Of a stretch of DNA of 64,000 nucleotides, positions 46,231 to 59,776 are shown piece by piece (position 1 is the stretch's first letter; each line of letters starts with the position of its first letter). The DNA comes from Lingula anatina (Eukaryota > Animalia > Brachiopoda): assembly GCA_051362555.1 (NCBI GenBank), contig CM120646.1, positions 4,526,001-4,590,000 of the forward strand, read 5' to 3'. A program made the position numbers and the translations under genes. Under the pieces are notes generated by a model that ran no database searches, was not told where the DNA came from, and saw only the letters and a list, made by a program, of their open reading frames with translations.

Positions 46231-48235
46231 ATTAAATAGTAAAAACACGAAATTTGCTAGATTATTTGCCAATAATTGTGCAAGAGCGGCGGTGTCTCTT
46301 TAGAAACCGTGTCTTTTAACACACAATGGCTGCTTACTAAAATCAGGATGTGTGATATAGACCCAAGCAATACAATAGCCATGAAGAAAGTCTTTTAAGT
46401 TAAAACATGAACAAGAACAAGTCTTTTAAGTTAAAACAAGAACCTATTTAAATGAGCTCTGCTCAACAGTTTTGGGGAGAAAGACGAAGCCCCGGACAGG
46501 GAAACTTTATGACTAGAATTCAGTTTATTTCATGGGTTACAGAGAACAAGGACAAGTGCATGGGGTATATATTACATAATGTACGGTAATTATGGCAATT
46601 AAGGGGAGGTCTCTGTTGTTCTTTCCCTATTTAAGTTCCTTGCGCGCGGCCTAACATTAAAAGAATTCAAATAGACCAAACGCGTGCTTCTTTTACACCC
46701 CATTTCCAAAGATTTTTAGATCGATCTATCCCTGTGGGGAGTCTGACTAGATTACTGTCAGATTGGCCGGCTTAAGCGTCTGTCCCGCCTACTAAAAGCT
46801 GTAAGGGGGTAATTAACTATGGTGCCCGCTCGGCTGCAATTTAGCGTGAGCCCCCAGGGAGTTAGGTCGATCCAAATCTTAATCTTTAGATCGATCTAAA
46901 TCTCTGGGAAAGCACCCTTAGACCAAGTAGCTTTCTGATAGAACAAGTGTTCATTAATTCTTTTGTTCGTTTTCCAGTACATGTGATTTGTATTAAGTGG
47001 GGTTACGTATGATAAGATTGTTTACGATATTAATATTTGTTCTAAAACACTGTAGCTTTCTTTGTTACTATTATTATTATTTGTTCATCCTTTCTTCGGT
47101 TACTACATACGCTATGCGATAATTCTACTAATAAACTGTAACGGAAATCCCAAAAACAATTTTTTGTAACTTTTTCTTATTAAATTGTAAGTCGTTGGGT
47201 TTACTGCCAAGTTATTTTTCCCTTTCTTAATTTATTCATTTTCTATAATACTATACGCATGAATTTATAACAGTTCTTTATGACATAAAAATAGGCCGGG
47301 TGAATTGTTGACCATGCGCAAACAAATGGTATTTTGTTCAATTGCTGCAAATTAAATGAGATATCAACTGACACAGATTAACCTACAGCTAACTCGTGAT
47401 TCTAAAAATTAGTGAACAAAAGGACAGTTCGCCACAGGAGAGAGGTTGTTTACACAAGTACTCCAGAGGGGCGTACCAACCCAGTCGACAGGGGTATTTG
47501 GCCAGACACCATATTCCGCTTACAATCGTTAATCTACCCTGTATAATTATTACAGTCGTCTATTGTATTTTTAATACTAAATTTAGTGTGTGATCTTCAA
47601 CTGATACACGGAATAAATAAACACATAATATTGACAGATACGGTAGGACAACCGCCCAGTAATAAAACTTTCTATATGTGTCTATCACAACACAGTGTCA
47701 AACCAGATATAGATTACCGAGGAAACGAAAGTCACTTTAAAAGCTTATTTTCGGGATCAGCGTCTGGTCTTTATGACTTAAAAGTATTCCTACATCATAA
47801 TATGCACTGCCTGATTAACTTACACAATACACGAGATACTATACACCGGCCATACGTAAACTGTCATATGCTATAACTGATTCCAATACCCATTATGATG
47901 TCCTGTCATTTTTCTTGCATTTTTCACCTGTCAAAGCTGATCAAGTACATAAAATTACGTTATTCGACTATCTACCATGCAATGCGACTTTGAGATTTTC
48001 CAAATGTAGACAGGTGTAACAGTAAATCAAGTTTAACAGGAACCGAGGTTAGTAGGAATAGTAGTCCTAATGGGACTTTGGTACTTGGCTCGTTATTATA
48101 ATGGGTAGGACAAAAACCTATAAAAGTATTAATAATATTTTTCAAACCACCCTTTCGACCAACGGTATCTAATGAAATAATTATATTGTACACACTTTAT
48201 GAAAACATTCGCTTTACGTCGATCAATATTATGAT

Positions 48236-48605
48236 TTGCCGCAAGTAATGTTTTTAAACCATTGCAATCTCCAACTCTACAAATAGGGTCTATCAATATT
48301 GTGATTTGGATGTTGGTCTAAGTCGATGTCACCTTAATGGGGTATACAAAATTAAGTCAAAGTCAATAACGGCGCATTATAAAATGCACTAAGTTCCATA
48401 CCCTGAACCATAATTGCCTCGAGTAATGTCTTTTAACCGTTGTAATTTCAGCTCAACTAAGGTTTATCAATATTTTGATTTGGATGTTAGGGTAGTGATA
48501 TTGAATTAGTCATTCACCTATATGGGGAATACAAAACTCATTCAAAGTCAAAAACGGCACATTATAAATGCATTATATTCGATAACCTGATCCGCAATTG
48601 CAGCA
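48236..48605. repeat. Two diverged tandem copies of a ~180-bp unit
   Basis: The blocks TATCAATATT.TGATTTGGATGTT and CAAAGTCAA.AACGGC.CATTAT each occur twice, about 180 bp apart. Confidence 0.7.
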
Positions 48606-48891
48606 AATATTTATTTATTTTTTTTACATTGTAATTTTCTACTCACCAAAACCCTTCTCCTTAACCAACAATAAAAGACGATGGCATTTTAGATGGTGGC
48701 AGGCTATTGGATATCTGAAAATCAGTTTTTACTACGGTGTAAGCACGAAAGCACATTGGGACCGTGACAATGTGTTTTTCCTGCTCTATGGGCACCAGGT
48801 GTGTGTCGCAATACAAACGGCGTATTGAAGTTAAACTCACGGGGTGAGAGACATGGCTGGTAAATAGGGACTTTAAAACAAATGATCAGAG

Positions 48892-50763
48892 ATGGGTCTT
48901 GGGCATTCTTCAGGATTTACTGTAGAAATCGAAAATCAGACGCCACACGAATTGCATTTACGCGACTCTGATGCAATAGACCAAACAACAGGTGTGCTAA
49001 CTAAAGTTGCTGCTTCTGTACAGCCAAGCACTATAGCCCAACAAGCGATAGAAGGTCATGGTTATGAACATGCAAGCCGCGGGGCACATGTGGAAAATAT
49101 TCAATATGCCGTTCAGCCGTACCAAAGCAAAACATCGGATAACATATCGATACAGATCGAGAGTCAAAGCACTGCTATGCAAAGTGTTTCACATGATGAT
49201 CATACCGATTGGGTTTTTCGCCTAGAATTATGTGCCGCCTTTTACAAAAAAGATGCATTCTATGTCATGGAAATAATTAGCCCTGCCGGTGAAATGTGTG
49301 CAAGAGAAGTGTTTAGAAAGGACAATGCTTTGAAACACCGTCGTAAAAAAGACAAAAATTGTACCGTGGATCCAAAACCAGCCAGCGGTGACTGTCCCTT
49401 CGCAGTAGAGATGATAGTTAATCGGAATCCTCGTAGAAATTCTGGTTGGTGGAACGTACGTTTCATTGTAAGAGAACGCACGATGTAAGTAAGTACGTAT
49501 ACTCCTGGTTATTTGGATAAGATATTTCATTCCTGAACTATACTGTATAATGTGTACTTATGTTGCAAATTAGTTTTGTGCTACTAGAAATTCGGACCGT
49601 TTGTTTTTGCTCACGATCCACTTGTAACTCAGCTTGTTTCTCTCTTTAACATCAGTCTGACGTGCAGGGAATACGGAATTTCTTAAGATATATAAGACAA
49701 ACGTAAAAAAATACCAGCTCTTTCATCAAAGCATTACTTGCGTAGTTAAAAAGTACTACTAATTTATATTTAAGAAACCCTATATGTAAAAAGTTATTTT
49801 TGCAAAGTTTGATAAATGCATCAGGCAAAATTCTGCTTATTATATTAGGTGTATTGTAAAGTCAGCTTGCTTCGTAGAAAGACTACAATTTGCGTTCAGT
49901 GTATGGAGAGCGTGCAGGACAGCTACAGTACGTGAACTAAAGGACATCGCCAACGATTTGCACCTTCATCATCAAAACATTAGTATCGCCAGAATCATGG
50001 GTCATTCCACTTCAATATTTGCCGCAGTACTTGGCGCTGCAGGGACTGCCGCTTCTATTTTAACAGCGGGCAAGCTTACGGTTTTACTAGCAGTCAGTGC
50101 TGCACTCGGAGCGAGTGGCAAGATAACAGTAAGTGGCAGCACCATCGCACACTCTGTTCTCTCAGCATCAGCACAAGCGGAGGCTAATGAGGTCTTACAA
50201 AAAGACCACAATGCATTACGTGACATATTGGTACTGCTTGAGACTTTGAAACACATAAGCAGAAAGGATGTAATGGAAATCAAACAACATTTTGAGGTAC
50301 GAAACACTGCAAACATCCCCGAAAAATGTATCATATTATCTACCATGCACCATACTGGTAAAATTGGCTTCATTGTGGGTTCTAAAATTTTGTATAAACC
50401 AATCATGTCAGCACGGAAACTGGTCGAGGAACTAAATGCAATGGACACAGGACCCCGGTTGGCCACACCAGGAAACGAAAACTTGCCGCAGCTTTTATTA
50501 GAGGCGATGGGTATCCAGGTCCCAAGATACGTTTTAGATTCTGCCAGTGGAATTGTTCCACTGTTTCTGCCAGTGGAACAATTCCACTGGTGTTTTTGCC
50601 TCATGATATCTGGGGCCTTGTTGAAGCAGCTGCCATAGTGGCTAGTGACAGGGGGACTGAGATAACAGAGTTATTGCAAAGCACCGCAGAAGCTCTAGAG
50701 AAGGAAATACCAAGCCAACAAGATTTTGATATCCTAGTTAACAAGTTTATAAGCAATATTTAA
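48892..50763 (+). pseudogene. Two-exon gene: N-terminal actinoporin-like beta domain (tentative) fused to an apolipoprotein L-like domain; frameshifted near the C-terminus
   Basis: Exon 48892-49484 (AT|gtaagt) splices to 49849 (ag|G) in frame. Exon 2 has the ApoL pattern RELKDIANDLHLHHQNISIARIMGHSTSIFAAVLGAAG...LTAG...ITVSGSTIA. After a 26-bp duplication at 50540-50591, the ApoL-type end FLPHDIWGLV...GTEITELLQSTAEALEKEI lies in another frame and stops at 50763. Confidence 0.65.
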
Positions 50764-51679
50764 AACAATGTACATCTTCTTCCAACTTGGCTCAGTTGTC
50801 GCGTGCTCACAGAGCTGCGATGTTTTGACCGATATACTTTTATCTGGTTAAATGGATTTGTGTTATTTCTTTTTAATAATATGGGGAGTGCTGTAGAAAA
50901 AGATGGTAACAGGTAGAGGTAGATTGTGGTTCTAGAGCATGGCGTTTAACATTTTAATATTCATATTTGGAATAAGACAATAGATCAGTCAATGGGAAAA
51001 ACAGTTACCACTGCGTCTCTTGCATCTAACATTTTTCCATTTATATACCGTATTTTATACCGTAAAAATTCCTTTTTGAAACATTTTTCATGACTGACAA
51101 TTGAATAAATCTACATGTATGTGCGCATTTGAATACCGAGTATAGTTTAAGCCAGAGCAGAACTTCATCAGCTGTGTCTGTTTAAAGGAAAACAGTGCAG
51201 TTCTTTTTTTTTCTGATCACGTTTGAAAAATCCCCGATGAAAATGACAACATAAAGAGGTTTTTTGCACTAGATCATGTTTAAGAATTTTCCTCTTCTTT
51301 GTCATGTTATAGAATCGTAAAATATCCAGAAAATAGGAAAACCTAATTATGAACTATACTGTAGCTATGTATGTGTTGCTCATGACTCACCATAATGAAT
51401 CAAGTAAACGTTTAATAAAAATGTTATATATGTTTTAAAATTACTACTGGTCTTGTTCTTCATCGTTTTATTCTCATATTCGATCTGCATTTACTCTAGT
51501 CTCTAGTTGATACAGCATCAACCATTATTGTTTACTCATGTCGTTAGCAATCTCTTTGCATCAGCAATAAAGAAAAACTGGCATGGGGCAATTAAGAAGG
51601 AGCAGAGCGTGTTCTTTGGACCGACTAATTTGGCTGAGAGCTAAGGATTACTTGCCGATTCCCATACCCTGTTATCATC

Positions 51680-52304
51680 AGTGACAACTGTATTAGTGGC
51701 TGGGGTGACCAGGGGCGGATCTAGGATTATTTGAAGGGGGTGCCCGCTGATGCGAAGCAGACCCTACCCACCCCCTTTGGCGTGGGGTCCGGAGCCTGCT
51801 GAAGGGTATTGGTATTTTAGAGGGAAAACGGCACACTTGGTACGGTTTACAACTATGAATCAGCTTATCAAATGTATAGTTTCAAGAGGGGATCTCATTG
51901 GGGTTTTTTTTTTCAAAAATCGAAAGGGGGTGGGGGCCAGGAACCCCCTGAGCCCCCTAAATCTATCTGTCACTGGCGACCTCTTCACTTTGTGTTACAG
52001 TCTAACTTATCACTGAAATGGGCAAATAACAAATATATTCACATAACATATAGTATCAAGTATTTTGTCAGCTTATCGTGGAGTAATGGATTAAGATTCA
52101 GTTTGACAGGGGATGCGCTTGTTCTTGGAAATGTCCATTATGACAAAATTACCCAAAATTACCAACAAAATATAGTAAAAAATAAAAGCAATTTATTAAA
52201 ATACTTCACAAAGTGTCAAAGTTGCCAATTGAAAGCTAATTTACTTACCCTTAGATGCTAAATACATACATGTACATAGCTAGGAGCATTAACAGCCACT
52301 CCAT
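51680..52304 (-). pseudogene. psi-A4: frameshifted signal exon plus the start of an A-type Ig exon, interrupted by a MITE
   Basis: 52304-52249 reads MEWLLMLLAMYM... with a frameshift and stop. 52012-51976 and 51709-51680 match the start of the A3 Ig exon. The flank 52506-52770 is homologous to 45390-45720. Confidence 0.72.
51710..51975. mobile_element. MITE (CAGGGGCGGAT family), TSD GTGAC/GCGAC
   Basis: Homologous to 53269-53548 and splits the psi-A4 exon. Confidence 0.75.
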
Positions 52305-53268
52305 ATTCTATTACTGCCTATGTCCGGGAGCATCATATGAATACCAGAACGGGTGAGCTAAATTTTAAAATTACCCCATTCTTTCAGTTAGGACAACATT
52401 TCGTTAATTTCCTATCAAATCTCGGTGTTGAATAGTTGGATTTATGCGGTGCAAGCTGGTCTTTGCAGTGTTGCTATCACGTTGAAATATTTTTTTAATT
52501 TTCACTTCCAACACAAACTTTTTGAAAGCGTATCTGTAAGAGTTTCATCCCGACACTTCGTACTTATAAGTTACTCTGTTCACTGATATCAAGATACTGT
52601 GTGTAGTGACCAGTCTAGTGAGGACTGTCCAATATTACACTCTCCCAGATTTGAGACATTGTGCCTCCCTTCCCTCGTCATTGTCCAGTGGGCTCAAATC
52701 TACATAGGGGGTCAAGGTCCAAGATATCTACTCTATTTCAACTGACTGAATGTTCGGGTATCGCAATGTAGATGAGCTGCAAGACGTCAGGGGAGTCGGC
52801 ACGAGTCAGTTTCCCGTGTTCCAGCGGTAGGCATTGGTCCCATTTCTTCATTTAAAAAAAATTGTTCTACTCAAAAAAATATTTATTTCGTGTGGTTATT
52901 ACTCAGGACGATTTGACGGAATGCATATCTTGCCCCCGCCCCCCACCTTCTGGTATATATTCCTCCCTAAAGCAAGCACATCTATTACCATTGAAAGACA
53001 ATTTAGTTCGTACACGTAAGTAGAAGTGATATTTTGTAAAATGACGTCGACCCATTGATACATATGTTACAATAATTTGTCTTTGAATTCGACACATCTT
53101 AGCGACATGATGTAATACAGTGTATACAGCATATCCTCTCCCCAATATACAATATTATTATTTTGGACTTCTGAAATACACTATAGACCTACTATAGGTT
53201 TACATTTTTGAAATGTCAATGTTTGACATCTAAACCGACCGATAACATAATTTGGATGATTTGATAAG

Positions 53269-53548
53269 CAGGGGCGGATCCAGGATTATTTGAAGGGGGG
53301 GGGGGGTCCGCGGATTCGAAGCCGCTCCCCCCCCCCCTTGGCGTGGGGTTCGGGGCCCCCTTAAGGGCCCCAAACATAATTGGTATTTTAGAGGGCGAAC
53401 CGTGCTATTCAGTACGGTTTAGAACTATGATTCAGCTAGTCAAAATTATAATTTCAAGCGGGGACCACTGGTGTGATTTTTTTCTTCAAACATCGAAGGG
53501 TAGGTCAGGACCCCCTGAGCCCCCCCCCCCCTCTTAAATCCGCCACTG
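53269..53548. mobile_element. MITE (CAGGGGCGGAT family), 5-bp TSD ATAAG
   Basis: TIR CAGGGGCGGAT...ATCCGCCACTG, with ATAAG on both sides. Confidence 0.8.
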
Positions 53549-53640
53549 ATAAGGTTGAATGAACTTCGGCACTGTCAGTTTATACATGTACATGTACAGA
53601 GGGTCTCTGATGAACTCAACGGTATAATAGCTGATGAAAG

Positions 53641-55051
53641 ATGGCATGCAGAATGTCATGTTTCATTTGTGTGATTATGTTGCCTTGTGTTCTTCAGAAC
53701 GGTAGGTCTATGCATAATTACCCGTACGTGCATTATGCATTATTACGTCTGTACATGTACATAAAAGGCTCTTTAGTTTATAATATTGGTTGTACATCTG
53801 AATGTTGATTTTGTTAACATGTGTCATGCTCGCTTTTTTAATAATAAGATATTTTGGCTTGATTTTCATATATTCACTGTGATAATTTTGTCTCAGCTCT
53901 TTGTCGGAAGGCAGTTTTAGAATCCTCCACGGTCACTTTCACAGAGACTACCGAGGTTGTTAGTGCAACAATATCCGGAGACACGACCGGTGACGAATTA
54001 TCCACTGAGGCTTCCAGTGTGACAGCAGGCAATTTTACCTCAGACCTTTCGGCACCACTGGAACCCACGGTATCTGAAAATATTATTGACAAGTCCACAG
54101 TTCTAAAAACTACGTTCCCAGCTTTTGAATCTATCCTTGATCCTGTCAGAGGAGAAATAAGTGAGTCTCAAAATATCACAGTACCAACCACTGAATTGCA
54201 AAATCATTGGGAACGATCATTTGTTAACCCGAGTATCGTAGCATTAACGGTCTCACCTAGTATTAGAGCCTTTGTTGGAGAACCGGTTTATCTATGGAGC
54301 AACTTAAGTAGTTTTGCAAACCTGTCCGATGGGTTTGAAATCCAATGGAATAAGAATGGTCAGGTATGGTGTATAATCACAGAAATAAATACAGAGACCA
54401 TTGTCGGTGATTGCATCAGAAGAAATGTACGCACTGAAAACATGGGTGATAATAACTTCAAACTGATCATTCCGGAATCTTACTTAAATGACAGTGGCAA
54501 TTACACCTGTGTCTTTAATATACTTGCAAATGCAAAGGATCCTGCACCGAGTGATACCGTAGTATGGATAGAACCAGGCAAGTAATTCTACCCTCAAAAT
54601 GTTGTGTATGACCTGTGATGTTTCTTTTCATAGTAAACATGCATATACATTTACAATGTCAACAAATTTTTCTACCGTAGGTAATCATAATTTAGAAATC
54701 GAACTGTCCGTAAGAACTTTATTCCACTATAATGAGTTAAAAAAATAAAGGGTTGCTTAGGTGTATTTGGGATTTTACTTACTCATATTCCAATTTTAGT
54801 ACAAACTACACCAAAAGCGTTGGCCACGATAGTAACTGACCCTGCTACAGGTATTTACGTTTATATTTTTATTTTATTCTTAACGCTTACAGTATTTACA
54901 AATATAAAATGTTAAAAATTGAATGCTTAGTATGGTAATGAAAATATTTTACTCATTCCAATATTTGGTGTGATTTTAAGATTCATCCGATACGACTGCG
55001 CTCGTATTACTCATGAATATACTTGCTACCATTTGGTTTGAGGAACTTTGA
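53641..55051 (+). CDS. B: divergent Ig-family member, SP-mucin-Ig-stalk-hydrophobic C-terminus (probably GPI-anchored)
   Basis: Exons: 53641-53701 (MACRMSCFICVIMLPCVLQN), 53897-54577 (T/S/E-rich region plus Ig ending DSGNYTC; GC donor GCAAGT), 54800-54850, 54981-55051 (DSSDTTALVLLMNILATIWFEEL*). Confidence 0.68.
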
Positions 55052-55727
55052 AATACTCAGTACAGTTTTTAGAATAAAATCCGCAACAGTGGTACTGTGC
55101 ATGAGAAGAAATACACATATAGAAGGGTTTGTAACAGATTCTCCGTCAAGGTTGTGAATAATGTCAGATCGGCATTGACTCTACGCAATTACATAGGCTA
55201 GACTGCATGCGTAGAATGGAATTGTTTTTTTAAGTTTTGGTAAGTGCTGAGAAAGATCCATAATATAAGCATGTATGATAGAAAAAAGGATAAAGCTCAG
55301 CATGATATTAACGCCAGTTTACAGTGGGGAAAGTAGATATATGGCTTATTTAGTACAAAAAATAATAAGCAGAAAATACCATACTTTTTTCTGTTTATAC
55401 GTATTGATTATTTAAATAATTTGAAAAACAAAAACAATTATCTCTTTACTACAAATTTCAAATCAGATTTACTAAAATTATAAAGCATATCTTTTTATAT
55501 TTTAGCTCAACTATATTCTTTAATCATTAAATTATCTCCATAAATCAGGATCTTAATAATAATAAATTTATTTTAAGTCTAAAATCCATTTAAAATGTTC
55601 AGTAGACTTTACATAAAATATTATTAATAATACTACATAAAATATCATAAATAAAATCTAGGTACAACAACCATTATTCCATACAATTTAATGCAATTAA
55701 TACAAGATTTATAAAACCAATTAAGAG

Positions 55728-56362
55728 TTAATCAAAATATTTCCTAAAAAGGTATGTTTTGAGTTCTTTTTTAAAATGTTTGGTAGACTGAATTGCTCGG
55801 ATTTCCAGCGGTAATAGATTCCATTCCTTTGGACCTGCAGCTTTAAAAGATTTATCACTGTAGGTTTTTAATCGCATTTTTACTGGGTAGCAATTGGTCT
55901 ACAGACCGCAGATTTCGCATTGGACTGACTAATTCATTGATGTAGCTTGGTGCCAATCCATAAAGAGCATCGTGAGTAAAAACTAAAAATTTGAATAAAA
56001 TTCTGGCTCGTAGAGGTAGCCAGTGTAAACTTTTAAAAACTGGGGAGATGTGTATACTTGTGGATGTCCGAGTTAATAATCTGGCCGAAATATTTTGAAT
56101 GCGCTGCAGTCTAGCAATTTGTTTCTTTGGACAACCGTATAAAATGTAGTTGCATTAATCTAATCGAGATGTAACTAAACAATTTATAACTGTGGCTGCA
56201 GCAGAGTCAGACAACTGATTGCGAATTGCACTTAAGTTCCTAATGTTAAAAACCGCTGACCTGCATACACTGGCAATATGTGTGTTCATACAAAGTGATC
56301 CATCTAAAAATACACCAAGATTTTTTGCATGAGGTGTTGGCTTAATAATGCTTGATCCAATT
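55728..56362 (-). mobile_element. 3' fragment of an L2/Jockey-group LINE ORF2
   Basis: The minus strand translates to ...VTSRLD*CN.ILYG...LQRIQNISARL...HISPVFKSLHWLP...FK.AGPKEWNLLP...FKKELKTYLF, a typical L2-clade ORF2 end. Confidence 0.8.
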
Positions 56363-57131
56363 TAGTGCTATATATGATACATGCAAATGAAGCTATACTC
56401 CATATAGGGTATGCAGTGTCAAACACTAACCATGCAAAACTACACTTTATTTAAAACAGTTTCATGGTACGAACATTAATATAATCTCACGTCTTCAGCA
56501 AGGGTCGGTGGGTGCATCTCAGTGCGAATTTAACATTACCTTCCAATGTAATATATCCCACGGTTATTCATGAAATGACCCTCTCCTCTAAGTGACCTTA
56601 AGATAATCATATGACTTATTTATACTACATACAGTGTAAAACATACGTTATCTGAGCGTTGCTTAGTGAGTTGCCATGGTTTACATACGTAAAGATAAGC
56701 GAAGTGTGTTATAAATCAGCCTGATTATATTACTTGAACTTAACTCAGTTCACAGATCAGCGAGGATAAAATGTTGCGTCAGTAGAACTTTTCTATACTA
56801 AAAGCATAAATCAAGCCTTTGTACCTACTGTTAAAAATAAGAAAACTAATTTGTTTTTCACTGTCTTGAGCCAAATATGATTAGTCATATAATATTATGT
56901 GGACAGGAATATTGGTAGCTCATGCACATTGTTTTATATTTGGTAAGTATATACACTGTCGCTAAATGCACACATTTATACTATCTTGGTTGGATCAATT
57001 ACTATCATTAATGTACATCATTTTTCGTTAATTAAAAACCCAGCTTATGAATCATCTCCAAAACGCGAGTTATAGGAGTAAATAACTACAAAAGTTAAAC
57101 GCTCTTTTCATAGCAACTAATTCGGCAGTGT

Positions 57132-59469
57132 CTAGTGTTTCACTACCTGTGCGTACTCCACCCTATCGTCTCCAGGATTTACGGTTGATGTCCCCGTCTT
57201 AGCTGATCCTTTTCCCTTAGAACTGGACGACTTGGGGTTATCATGTAGTGCCAAATCAGCATAGTGGAGGTTTTCTGCATTCTTATCAAGGGGCTGAAAA
57301 TAGAATAACGTCCTTGAGCGAGTACACGCGTATGCTAAGGATGAGTGTCATTATTATTGATATCAATTTATTAAAGTAGAAACGTTTTTGCTGATCATGG
57401 TGCAGATTAACTATTATTTTACATACACTTTTTAGTATACACGTTTAATTTAGACTTCATTTTGCTTTTTTATACTTGTTCTTAAATACATGTGAAATAT
57501 ATGATCATTAAAAGAAGAATTTTAAACTTATGTGTCACTACAACTAAAACTTACATTGCTCTTTCTTTTATTATCCTTTTTTGCATTGACATCTGAAGAA
57601 TATGTAAACAGATGGTGCTCCAATAAGTAAAAATAAAATGCTGATGATCACTTATGAAAATTTTTTGCTTCGCTGTCAGGGTTTCTTATGACACGTTTGC
57701 TTCAATGAGGTTAAAACGTGTATCTTATGTTAGTCAGCGACAATCCACAACATAGATACTTATATTTATACATTTATAGAGACTAACTGGCAGAAAATAC
57801 CCATCCTGGTTGTTCTGATAAATAAAATGCGCAAAGCCCAGACAAGACTAAACTACTTACCTGTGGTAGAAGTGCCCTTGCCCTTCTTTTTCACACAAAC
57901 AACTGCGATTATAATTATGATCAGCAACACGCCGCCCCCTGCCCCTATACCAATGATAACTGGTTGAGATAGAGGGGGTTGATCAGGGGTTCCATTCGTC
58001 TGTGAACCTTTGAAAATAATTATGGTTCCATCAGTTTAAGAAGCTAAGGAAAAGTGACTATTTATGACAACGTTTATCAAATTGAAAATTGAAACGGGAA
58101 CTGAACATCATTAATTACACAAAATGTATTTTTTTCTTAACTGAAGCTCAACCTCTAAAGATACTTCGTAAGAAGCTACTTAATCATACTTACGGGCTGT
58201 CGTATTTTCAGGCGGTGTCGTCGGTTTTTCTAAAACGTAAAAATTGGATGTTAAATATGTTAAATAGAAGAAATTACATTCTATACATATAATAAGTTCA
58301 TTTTTTATATTAAAATGGTAAACTGACAGCAACGAAGAATACAATAAAATAATAATAATTCATTCCAAGATCATATCAGTAGCACGTTTTTCATCATATG
58401 TTAACACAATGAAGACTCGGAATAAATGTAGGTATTGACTGAGTTTAGATATGTTGGTCTGTAAGTATATCAGCATTGGCGTCGAGATGTGTTCATGAAT
58501 ATCTATTTCAACTATAAACCAAACATCATTGGCAAACAAACCTATGATATATTCCGTGAACCATTAGTGTAGGCGAATTTTGTAGTTGCCAAATTTAGTT
58601 ACAACAGCGGTTTTTTCAGCTAACTGTTAGTCAGAAATTCAATATAAAAACGCCATGCCAACTACACATTTGGAAAATAACTCGTTAGATAAGTGTTATA
58701 ACAACTCTGTCATACTTACAATAATCCAACTCGATCTACTCAAAATTTATCAGAGCATCACGGTAAAGTGATTAAAATCACTCTGAATATTAATCTGAAT
58801 ATAAGTGTGAATCGAGCAAGTTGCAACATTAGACAAATGTTTTCGACAGTTGTCCCTCACCTGATACATTTACCAGTGTGGATGTATTTGGACGTATAAG
58901 AACACCCGTGCTACTAAGAGTTATTGTACAGCTGTGGTTTCCGCTGTCAGTTAGTATCGCACTTGGAACAGGGAGTTGAAAATCCTGTGTACCAGTTGGG
59001 TTGTATACATTGTTTATGAAGATGCTTCTGGTAGCACATTCACCCGATGTGGTGTTTTTTACTGCTCTAGAAATAAAGCACCACTCTTTTTCATCCCTTA
59101 ACCATCTGATGGTGAATCCAGCGGTCAGGTCTTGGTGACTGGTAAGGTTACACCACAGAGAAAATGGATCTCCACTGTATACGTTTATGGTAGATGAAGT
59201 GTTTCCTGTTTGACACTGAGCTGGAATTAAACGATTTGATTTTGCCATGTAGCCAAGTGACATAAACTTTCTGTATAACAGTGACTGCATATATAGGCCA
59301 AGTAAAATGGCATGCATATATAAGCCAAATGCGATTACTTACGTCGGTTGATGTCCCTTAAACATACAAAGAGGCGTATATTTTTTAATGTTTTAAACGT
59401 TTCTTGAAAATATTCATACTCACCAAGATGACATGAGCAAATTAAAATTCCAATTAGTTTTCCTAGCAT
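57132..59469 (-). CDS. A5: inhibitory Ig receptor (SP-IgV-stalk-TM-2xITIM), divergent Ig subtype
   Basis: Exons: 59469-59424 (MLGKLIGILICSCHL), 59220-58861 (Ig), 58229-58194, 58007-57861 (TM VIIGIGAGGGVLLIIIIIAVVCV), 57592-57555, 57293-57132 (PLDKNAENLHYADL...RVEYAQVVKH*). Confidence 0.86.
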
Positions 59470-59776
59470 CCTTTCTAAGTGGTTAATTGCTTAAAATATT
59501 CTGTCAGATCGTTGCTTCACTTATTTTACAATGTCATCCAAAGTCCAACAACTAACACATATCGTTATCAAAGCGGAAGACACGATAACCCAGTTTAGTA
59601 TCAGGAAGAAGGTATGGGCATTGATTTTTTTTACAAAAATATAATTATTAGATATATTAGAGTCTTGTCCTTTCCAATTTGTGTTTGAAATATTTTACTC
59701 CAAATCATACTTGATTGCGATTTATTATTGCAATTACATAACAGTTGACTATAACCCCAAAGTACAGGCAGGGGCT
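59470..59776. promoter_or_regulatory. Putative bidirectional promoter of pair 5
   Basis: TATCAAAGCGGAAGA at 59566-59580 and CAAAGTCC at about 59539 are kept in otherwise unalignable sequence. Confidence 0.6.

Noticed and set aside
50002-50604. 200-aa minus-strand ORF
   Set aside because: It is antisense to the ApoL-like exon and has no recognisable motifs.
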